From Pseudanabaena cinerea FACHB-1277 (GTDB lineage Bacteria; Cyanobacteriota; Cyanobacteriia; Pseudanabaenales; Pseudanabaenaceae): DNA of 24,000 nt. The stretch covers positions 87,517-111,516 of the forward strand of contig NZ_JACJPY010000004.1 of assembly GCF_014696345.1 (NCBI RefSeq), given 5' to 3'. Of the stretch, positions 15,753-22,341 are shown piece by piece; position 1 is the first letter of the stretch, and each line of letters starts with the position of its first letter. Below the pieces are notes generated by a model. It did not search any database, was not told where the DNA came from, and saw only the letters and a program-made list of their open reading frames with translations. Position numbers and translations under genes: made by a program.

Positions 15753-16175
15753 TTATCTCATGAGTGTACATGTGTAATAAAGTGCATTTTGAAAAAGTGA
15801 TGTAGATGGTCGGGTAAAACTGCTACTTACTTTTTCTATATTTTGTATTACTTGCCCACGTTGCCAAATCGTAGACTTAATAAGTCGGTACTCGTTTTGA
15901 TTACAATTAACTTGATAGACATTGTATTCAGCACGAATTCTGTCAAGAGATTCACCATAAATAGGTACTCGGAACTCTCGATTATCTAAATTGCTTATTT
16001 TTTGTACATCAAGAATGTTTATGTAGTAACACATATTACGTTCTTGATGAAATGAATCAACTTTAGCTGTAACAAAGTCAATCTTAGGACATACATTGTT
16101 TTGGGCATTGGTCTCAATTGGCAACGAAAAAGATAAGTTAGTGAGTAAAAAGATGTAGCCTATAATTTTTTTCAC
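15753..16175 (-). CDS. secreted 4-Cys protein (140 aa), unknown family
   Basis: Signal-peptide-like MKKIIGYIFLLTNLSFSLPIETNA and four Cys residues. It is the first gene of the AT-rich operon, with a 16-nt gap to the next gene. Confidence 0.5.
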   Translation of the reverse strand: MKKIIGYIFLLTNLSFSLPIETNAQNNVCPKIDFVTAKVDSFHQERNMCYYINILDVQKISNLDNREFRVPIYGESLDRIRAEYNVYQVNCNQNEYRLIKSTIWQRGQVIQNIEKVSSSFTRPSTSLFQNALYYTCTLMR

Positions 16176-16265
16176 TGTTTAAGTCTGTGTATTTTTTATT
16201 TGTTTGTATAAAGTATATTAAATGAATTTATTGAGATTTAAAAGCGGAAAAAGACGGAATGCTAA

Positions 16266-16393
16266 AAATTTACGCTCATATAGGAATTTGGGTGAAAGAC
16301 CTACTTTATTAAAAAGTCACACTTTGTCGCCGCAACGGTTTAAGCCAGATCGTTTAATTGGCTTCACCTGCTTACCCATATGAGCGAAAATTT
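16266..16393. repeat. 19-bp imperfect inverted repeats bracketing a ~90-bp structured segment
   Basis: AAATTTACGCTCATATAGG (16266-16284) pairs with CCCATATGAGCGAAAATTT (16375-16393) at 17/19 positions. There is an internal hairpin AAGCCA-n11-TGGCTT. Confidence 0.5.
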
Positions 16394-16400
16394 AATTTAA

Positions 16401-16434
16401 GTCGGAAAAAGGCAAAAAATACGGTTATAGTCGG
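16401..16434 (+). repeat. ~34-bp direct repeat, copy 1 (CGGAAAAAGGCAAAAAATACGGTTATAGTCGG)
   Basis: A related copy lies at 17167-17201, and a partial copy GCGGAAAAAGACGG at 16244-16257. The two long copies bracket the vapBC module. Confidence 0.5.
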
Positions 16435-16484
16435 AGCGATATGAGTTAGCTAGACAGCGAGCTGATCAGTGAATAAAACCTGAA

Positions 16485-16874
16485 TCATGGAATTGTTGCT
16501 ATATCTGCATAGCCTAAAATTTTTGTATCCATAGTTACTAAAGGGCAGTTGTAAACTTTAGCTGTCGCTATGATAATTTGATCAGCAGGATCACGATGGA
16601 AATTTACCAACTGAGTGGATGCAATGGCAATTTGAGGGGTTAGGTCTAGTAATTGTACGGCTGGGTAGGACAAAGCTTTTTCAAACCACTCTGAAATTTC
16701 ACAAGGAAGCGTCAAGCGATTGTATTCGACTAATTTTGCAATTTCCCAACAGGAAATGACGCTAATGCCAATAGTTAAAGACTCGTGGTCTTCAATGGCT
16801 ATTTTGGCAGTTTGGCTAAGTCTTGGATCGCCATGTACCCACCAAATCCAGATATGTGTGTCTAAAATAATCAT
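16485..16874 (-). CDS. vapC: VapC-family PIN-domain toxin
   Basis: MIILDTHIWIWW is a PIN N-terminus with the conserved Asp. The start overlaps the antitoxin stop (ATGA at 16871-16874). Confidence 0.8.
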   Translation of the reverse strand: MIILDTHIWIWWVHGDPRLSQTAKIAIEDHESLTIGISVISCWEIAKLVEYNRLTLPCEISEWFEKALSYPAVQLLDLTPQIAIASTQLVNFHRDPADQIIIATAKVYNCPLVTMDTKILGYADIATIP

Positions 16875-17074
16875 ACTATGACTTCCCAATCGGACATTGC
16901 TACAGGTTCCATAGGATCGATGTATTCGATTGGTAAGCCGCGCAGGGGATATTTTTTAGTTGTAGATGGCGTATGGTGGGTCAAGCCAAATACTTGCAAT
17001 AGCTTCAAGGTCTTTTCTAGCTCAGATTCAGACATCCGATTAAGTTCATCAATGAGCAACTCTTTTACAGTCAT
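16871..17074 (-). CDS. VapB-position antitoxin (67 aa)
   Basis: Small ORF immediately upstream of vapC and translationally coupled to it. Confidence 0.6.
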   Translation of the reverse strand: MTVKELLIDELNRMSESELEKTLKLLQVFGLTHHTPSTTKKYPLRGLPIEYIDPMEPVAMSDWEVIV

Positions 17075-17166
17075 GACTTAATTACCGCTTGCTTTAAGTT
17101 GTTTGAGTGAGCAATCGCTTCTAACTTAACCATTTTACAATCACTACAAGATTAAATTTAGCTAAA

Positions 17167-17201
17167 TACGGAAAAAGACAGGAAAAGACGGTTATAATCG
17201 G
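17167..17201 (+). repeat. ~34-bp direct repeat, copy 2 (CGGAAAAAGACAGGAAAAGACGGTTATAATCGG)
   Basis: See 16401-16434. It contains TATAAT at 17189-17194, about 34 nt upstream of the ATG at 17228. Confidence 0.5.
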
Positions 17202-17227
17202 GTTTGTGGATTTATGGCTTTGTAAGT

Positions 17228-17740
17228 ATGGATGTTAAAGAATTGTTGAAATTTGTTGATGAGAGTATGTTTGCGAAGACGGGGAAAAGACTTAATGATT
17301 TGCAGCGTCAGGTGATTGAGGGAGCGCTGAATCATCGGAAATATGTGGATATTGCGGAATCTTTTGAGAAAAGCGAAGGTCATGTTAAAGATACTGGTTA
17401 TGAGCTTCTACAAATACTTTCAGAGATTTTTGAAGAACCAGTTAAGAAAGGGAACCTTAAATCTGTTTTAGAGAGACAGAGAAGTAATGTAACTGTTAAT
17501 GTTGGGGATGGGAATGTCGGAAACTTTGGACATATCAATAATTGCGTGAATTTTAATAGCGATCGCCTATCACCTAAACCCAATCAAGTTCCATTAGAAA
17601 AAACTGACACTCTGCAAGAAAAGCAAATAGCGAAAATCAATAAACTGCGCGATCGCGGTTTAAATGATGAAGAAATTGCCGAACTTTTAGAGATTCCTTT
17701 AGAGTCAATTACAGCTATAAATTTAGAAGAATCGGCTTAG
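17228..17740 (+). CDS. stand-alone HTH protein resembling the N-terminal module of cyanobacterial STAND/NACHT-WD40 conflict-system proteins
   Basis: LNDLQRQVIEGALNHRKYVDIAESFEKSEGHVKDTGYELLQILSEIF is a sigma70-region-4/LuxR-like HTH. A second HTH-like KINKLRDRGLNDEEIAELLEI lies at the C-terminus. Start taken at MDVKELL (17228). Confidence 0.5.
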   Translation: MDVKELLKFVDESMFAKTGKRLNDLQRQVIEGALNHRKYVDIAESFEKSEGHVKDTGYELLQILSEIFEEPVKKGNLKSVLERQRSNVTVNVGDGNVGNFGHINNCVNFNSDRLSPKPNQVPLEKTDTLQEKQIAKINKLRDRGLNDEEIAELLEIPLESITAINLEESA

Positions 17741-17765
17741 TTCTTAAACCAATTAGCATCATGCG

Positions 17766-18197
17766 TTACACATTGCGCGATCGCCTAGGAAATATATCAA
17801 AAGCCAACTGCGAACGGTAAAAGCACACATCAAACTCAATAAAAAAGTTTAGCTGACCTAAAATAAGTGGTGGATCGTTAGATTTAGCCCAAGCAAAAGC
17901 CAAAATAACTGGTGGAAAGTCATCAATTTGCGCTATCACAGCTAACCCCTTTGCTTCCACTGGCGCAAGATTACCTGATAGGGGAATTGAGAGAGCTTTT
18001 GATCTTCCCAGACAGCCCCTAATTCTAAGCCAAGAGCATAGGGCATAACATTTAGGCTCGCTCCCGTATCTAAATAATCCAAAAACTTCCAAAGTGCGAT
18101 CGCCATAACTCAAAGCAATAGGCACGCAAGGAAAGACATTCGTTTCACCCTTTGAATTTCTTCGCTCAATAAAAGGAAATCGCTTAGGAATTGACAT
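17766..18197 (-). CDS. hypothetical protein, possibly a degenerate retropepsin-like fold
   Basis: 143-aa ORF overlapping the upstream small ORF by 14 nt. Its size and partner architecture mirror 11668-12326, but the expected D-(T/S)-G position reads R-Y-G. Confidence 0.4.
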   Translation of the reverse strand: MSIPKRFPFIERRNSKGETNVFPCVPIALSYGDRTLEVFGLFRYGSEPKCYALCSWLRIRGCLGRSKALSIPLSGNLAPVEAKGLAVIAQIDDFPPVILAFAWAKSNDPPLILGQLNFFIEFDVCFYRSQLAFDIFPRRSRNV

Positions 18198-18420
18198 TTG
18201 TTTGCGCCCTTTTTCTTTCTTCTTCAGGCTCTAACAAACTCATCAATTTCTGAGCAGCATCACCATAGTCATAGGGCGACCACAGCCGATAAGCTGCAAC
18301 ATTATCTAATGGCTTTAGCCCTTCTTCCTTGGCTAATTCTGACATTAAAAACTGTACCATCTGAAACTTTTCGGTACGCGACAATTGCTCAACTTGAGTC
18401 AGTAATTCAAGATTTGACAT
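18184..18420 (-). CDS. small antitoxin-like partner protein (78 aa)
   Basis: Helical acidic ORF immediately upstream of, and overlapping, 17766-18197. Confidence 0.45.
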   Translation of the reverse strand: MSNLELLTQVEQLSRTEKFQMVQFLMSELAKEEGLKPLDNVAAYRLWSPYDYGDAAQKLMSLLEPEEERKRAQTNVNS

Positions 18421-18465
18421 AACCCACCATTGTCATTATTTTCACATTTTAGCACGACTTCAATT

Positions 18466-18592
18466 CAATTAGCATTAAGTGCTACACCTTTCGTGATCGC
18501 CTATCACCCAAACCCAATCAAGTTCCATTAGAAAAGCCAGATTCTCAAAGAGAGAAACAAATAGCTAAAGTTAAGAAATTTCGCGATCGCGG
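18466..18592 (+). pseudogene. gene remnants: copy of the 17750-17785 segment fused at a HIP1-like site to a copy of 17559-17658
   Basis: 18493-18592 translates DRLSPKPNQVPLEKPDSQREKQIAKVKKFRDRGL, compared with DRLSPKPNQVPLEKTDTLQEKQIAKINKLRDRGL in the intact gene. There is no in-frame ATG after the upstream stop at 18450-18452. Confidence 0.6.
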
Positions 18593-18631
18593 CTTACAAC
18601 GCTTTGCGCTCAAACCCAAACCAAAAGAAAT

Positions 18632-18663
18632 TTTGAAAAGGTTGCAAAGCAACGCTTTCAAAA
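18632..18663 (-). terminator. hairpin TTTTGAAAAGGTTGC-AAA-GCAACGCTTTCAAAA, candidate intrinsic terminator of the aminotransferase gene
   Basis: On the minus strand the hairpin is followed by TTTCTTTTGGTTTGGGTTTG. It lies ~85 nt 3' of the stop at 18748 and belongs to the same family as 2000-2030. Confidence 0.45.
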
Positions 18664-18747
18664 TTTCTCTTGTAGTTCGTTCTAGCCCCTACTTATGAAA
18701 TACCATTTTAATTCACGAAAGCGTGACAACACTTCCGTGAATTGAAA

Positions 18748-19923
18748 TTAGCGGTTATGCAGCTTATCGACAAACCTATGGATGCGATCGCAGCCTTTGC
18801 GGATGGTATCGAGGTCAGTGGCATAGGATAGACGAATGCAATTATCTAAGCCAAAGGCAATTCCAGGGATTACTGCCACCTGCATTTCTTCTAAAAGCTT
18901 TTCACAAAACTCTAGGGAAGACATATTGAAGGATTTGATGCTGGGGAATAGATAAAATGCACCATCGGGCTTGGGGCAGGTGATGCCATCCATCGCTGTG
19001 AGCAAGTCATACATGACATCGCGGCGTTCGGCAAAGGCTAAGCGCATTGTCTCCACACATTCTTGAGAATCATTGAGGGCGGTGACGGCTCCATGCTGGG
19101 CAAAGGTACAGATATTGGAAGTGCTATGACCTTGGATCATGGTGGCGGCTTTGATGATCGTAGGATCACCTGCTAAGTAACCCACGCGCCAGCCTGTCAT
19201 CGAGTAAGCTTTGGCAAAACCACTGCTGATTAGGGTGCGATCGTACATGGCGGGGCTGACGGCGGCAATGCTGAGATGATCTGCGCCATCGTACAGAATT
19301 TTTTCGTAAATCTCATCGGAGACGATATAGACATGGGGGTGACGCTCCAGCACATCGGCTAAAGCTTTGATTTCCGTAGGGCTGTACACCATGCCTGTGG
19401 GATTAGAAGGGGAATTAAGTACAAATAGCTTGGTTTGGGGTGTAATCGTGGCTTCTAATTGTTCGGGGGTAATTTTGTAGCCGCTTTCTTCGGTGGTGAT
19501 GACAAATACGGGCGTGGCTGCGGCTAGTTTTGCCATTTCGGGATAGCTGACCCAGAATGGTACAGGAATAATTACTTCATCCCCAGGATCAAGGATCGCC
19601 ATCATCAAGTTATACAGGGAATGTTTACCGCCATTGGTGACGATGATCTGTTCGGGCTTGTAGGTGAGTTGGTTATCGCGCAGGAGCTTGTCAGCGATCG
19701 CTTGTTTGAGTTCAGGAATACCTGCGGCGGCGGTATAACGGGTTTTACCTTGGTCGAGGGCAGTTTTGGCGGCGGCTTTGATATGGTCAGGGGTGTCAAA
19801 GTCTGGCTCACCAGCACTAAAACTACAAATATCTATACCACTAGCCTTCATTGCTTTTGCCTTTGCGTCGATCGCTAGGGTTAAGGAAGGCAGAATATTA
19901 CTAAGTCTTTTTGCCAGTTGCAT
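18748..19923 (-). CDS. PLP-dependent class I aminotransferase (aspartate aminotransferase-like)
   Basis: 391-aa ORF with N-terminal [14 protein letters not shown] and a PLP-lysine motif in [16 protein letters not shown]. Confidence 0.9.
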   Translation of the reverse strand: MQLAKRLSNILPSLTLAIDAKAKAMKASGIDICSFSAGEPDFDTPDHIKAAAKTALDQGKTRYTAAAGIPELKQAIADKLLRDNQLTYKPEQIIVTNGGKHSLYNLMMAILDPGDEVIIPVPFWVSYPEMAKLAAATPVFVITTEESGYKITPEQLEATITPQTKLFVLNSPSNPTGMVYSPTEIKALADVLERHPHVYIVSDEIYEKILYDGADHLSIAAVSPAMYDRTLISSGFAKAYSMTGWRVGYLAGDPTIIKAATMIQGHSTSNICTFAQHGAVTALNDSQECVETMRLAFAERRDVMYDLLTAMDGITCPKPDGAFYLFPSIKSFNMSSLEFCEKLLEEMQVAVIPGIAFGLDNCIRLSYATDLDTIRKGCDRIHRFVDKLHNR

Positions 19924-20018
19924 TTTTTCTGGAGCGGAGGCGGCTTTATGGGATTAGTTGTGCATTGTATCAAAGCATACTTGCTTGTGTTTGCTAGATT
20001 TTTAACAATTTTTAGGAA

Positions 20019-20195
20019 TTAGAGTCTATTTGAAAAGTTTTGATCCCCCTCAATCCCCCTTGCAAAGGGAGACTTTGAAATCTTTCCCCCCTTTCGTAAG
20101 TCGCCCTGTACACACAAGTTATTTGCTATTGCAAACGTAGCTAGAGAGACTTGTGTGTAACACCGTAGCTTTCGTAAGGGAGGCTAGGGGGGATC
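20019..20195. repeat. MITE-like element, copy 2, carrying a nested 68-bp insertion
   Basis: Same ends and internal hairpins as 2116-2220. The extra segment 20101-20168 is flanked by a duplicated CTTTCGTAAG (20091-20100 and 20169-20178). Confidence 0.65.
20101..20168. mobile_element. 68-bp nested miniature insertion with 11-bp perfect inverted repeats
   Basis: TACACACAAGT (20109-20119) and ACTTGTGTGTA (20149-20159). A 10-bp direct duplication of the host-element sequence lies on both sides. Confidence 0.55.
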
Positions 20196-20199
20196 AGTG

Positions 20200-21135
20200 T
20201 TAATGCCGATAGGCACGAATCATTGCCTGTGTGCCTTGTTCTGCACCCAAACCGTCATCTAATTGACTTACCTTGAAGAAATTCTGTATTGCCAAGGCGA
20301 TCGCTGGTAAATCTCCAGAATCTTGATCGGGATCTTGATTAAGCTCTTGGCTGATTTCCTGCACAAGTCGCAGATCCTTGAGCATATGCTTAATCGCGAA
20401 GCCTGGTGCATAATCACCCTTTGCCACCTTCATACCCAAATTGGTCAGCGCCCAAGAGCCAGCCGCACCACTGCCACATACATCAACCACTAGCTGCGGA
20501 TCGATCCCCATTTTGGCGGCGATCTGCATGGTTTCGCAGAGGGCAAGCATATAGATAGAAACAAGGGATTGATTGCAGAGCTTCACCGCTTGACCACTGC
20601 CGATCGCCCCACAATGCTTGATGTTACTGCCCATCGCCTCAAATAAGGGCAAACATTCCTGCATATCCGCCAATTCACCACCAACCATAAAGGTTAACGT
20701 GCCATTTCTTGCCCCAACATCGCCCCCCGATATGGGTGCATCTAGGAACCGCAAGCCATCATTCATCAAGGCTTTACCGATATATTTGGCGGCATCACTG
20801 CCGATGGTACTGGTATCAATAAATAGGGTATTGGCCTTGGCAAAGCTCATAGCGCTCTTTTCGCCGATCAAGACCTCAGTGACATCAGGCACATCGCCCA
20901 AACAGGAAAATACGATATCGGCTTCACTAACTGCGGCTTCTAAGGAGTCGGCAAGTACGCCCCCTGCACTGCTAAATAGGACGATCGTGGGGCGATTTTT
21001 GGTGCGATTCCAACCAATTACGGAATGTCCGCGTTTGACTAAATTCGCCGCCATTGCGCTACCCATTACCCCTAAACCTAGAAATGCGATTTTCTGTACC
21101 ATTTGCCTTGAGTCTGTTTTTGATAAGTTCGGCAA
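20200..21135 (-). CDS. NAD(P)-dependent oxidoreductase of the 3-hydroxyisobutyrate dehydrogenase (HIBADH) family
   Basis: Rossmann motif IAFLGLGVMGSAMAANL and a HIBADH-like central and C-terminal domain. The start may instead be MVQKIAF (21102). Confidence 0.85.
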   Translation of the reverse strand: MPNLSKTDSRQMVQKIAFLGLGVMGSAMAANLVKRGHSVIGWNRTKNRPTIVLFSSAGGVLADSLEAAVSEADIVFSCLGDVPDVTEVLIGEKSAMSFAKANTLFIDTSTIGSDAAKYIGKALMNDGLRFLDAPISGGDVGARNGTLTFMVGGELADMQECLPLFEAMGSNIKHCGAIGSGQAVKLCNQSLVSIYMLALCETMQIAAKMGIDPQLVVDVCGSGAAGSWALTNLGMKVAKGDYAPGFAIKHMLKDLRLVQEISQELNQDPDQDSGDLPAIALAIQNFFKVSQLDDGLGAEQGTQAMIRAYRH

Positions 21136-21137
21136 TT

Positions 21138-22244
21138 TTACCGCGTTTTGTTGGTTGCTCTAGCTTGTGCCAACTCAACCGCAAGGACAATCGCCTCGAT
21201 CATGCTGGAGGGATCGGCGATCGCCTGTCCTGCAATGTTAAAAGCAGTGCCATGATCGGGGGAGGTGCGGACAAAGGGTAAGCCGATGGTGGTATTGACG
21301 GCGCGATCAAAAGCCAGCAATTTGACGGGGATCAAGCCCTGATCATGGTACATCGCTAGATAAGCATCATGCCCCAATGACAGACGATCACGATCTTGCC
21401 ATGCCTTAGCAGGATTGACCCACATCGTATCGGGAGGGATGGGATCGCTGAGGGTGACATCAGGGTGCTGTTGGCGATAGCGCTGAATTAGGGGTATTAA
21501 CCAATCCTGTTCTTCATTGCCGAGTTGCCCCTGTTCGCCGCTATGGGGATTGATCCCCGATAGGGCAATGCGCGGATTGGCGATCGCAAAGTCCTGTAAT
21601 AGCGATCGCCTGAGTAGTTCTAATTTCTGTTCAATTAGGGCAGGGCTAAGGGTCTGCGTAACTTGACTAAGGGGGATATGCACCGTTGCCAGCAGGGTAC
21701 GCAATACCCAATCGCTATGGGGAGATTTACCCACGAAGAGCATCCCGAAGTCATCAACCTGACTGCGATCGGCGAGTAATTCTGTTTGTCCTGCATAGTC
21801 ATGTCCCGCTTGTTTCCAAGCAGACTTGGCGATGGGGGCGGTGACGATCGCCGCAAATTCTCCCGCAAGGGTCGCCGCGATCGCTGCCTCTAGGTAGGCA
21901 AAGCTAGCTGCCCCACTTGCCTGATTGCCCAGCCCAACCATAATCTCGTTAGAAGTAGAAATATCGCATATTGCTAAGGATTCAAGGTCAGAAATAGATT
22001 GAGATGGTAGCTTTTGCGCCAAATCTTGAGCAGCATTGTGGAGATGATCGAAACTGCCAAAAACCGTGAACTCTGCGTCTAGGCTCATGATGCGGCGATC
22101 GGCAAGGGATTTAAGAATGATTTCCATACCAATGCCTGCGGGATCGCCTATAGTGATGGCTATGCGCGGTCTTGATTGCGCCTCTAAATTAGCCTCCAGA
22201 GAGTGATCTAGGGATTGATCTGGGTGATAGTGCCAATTATTCAT
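21138..22244 (-). CDS. pdxA: 4-hydroxythreonine-4-phosphate dehydrogenase
   Basis: 368-aa ORF with ITIGDPAGIGMEI, GINPHSGEQG and TSPDHGTAFNIAG motifs of the PdxA family. Confidence 0.9.
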   Translation of the reverse strand: MNNWHYHPDQSLDHSLEANLEAQSRPRIAITIGDPAGIGMEIILKSLADRRIMSLDAEFTVFGSFDHLHNAAQDLAQKLPSQSISDLESLAICDISTSNEIMVGLGNQASGAASFAYLEAAIAATLAGEFAAIVTAPIAKSAWKQAGHDYAGQTELLADRSQVDDFGMLFVGKSPHSDWVLRTLLATVHIPLSQVTQTLSPALIEQKLELLRRSLLQDFAIANPRIALSGINPHSGEQGQLGNEEQDWLIPLIQRYRQQHPDVTLSDPIPPDTMWVNPAKAWQDRDRLSLGHDAYLAMYHDQGLIPVKLLAFDRAVNTTIGLPFVRTSPDHGTAFNIAGQAIADPSSMIEAIVLAVELAQARATNKTR

Positions 22245-22341
22245 TTTTTTAGGTTGTTAATTAATTAACAGATTATTCTCCAAAAATTTATTGTCCGCGA
22301 TAAGATCGTAATCCGCCTTTAGCCCGTGATCACCACCAACG

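Noticed and set aside
16878-17583. ORFs 16878-17081(+), 17192-17383(-) and 17398-17583(-).
   Set aside because: They lie antisense to the VapB-position antitoxin and to the HTH gene. They show no supporting features.
18198-21281. ORFs 18198-18422(+), 19605-19817(-), 19621-19878(+), 19766-19957(+), 20618-21163(+), 21054-21281(+) and 21635-21868(-).
   Set aside because: These are shadow ORFs within the small partner gene, the aminotransferase, the HIBADH-family gene and pdxA.
22245-22341. oriC or a DnaA-box cluster in the pdxA-dnaA divergent intergenic region and downstream of dnaA.
   Set aside because: No convincing TTATCCACA or TTTTCCACA-type boxes were found. Only weak matches such as TTATTGTCC were seen. 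A TATAAT at 23986-23991 lacks a credible -35.
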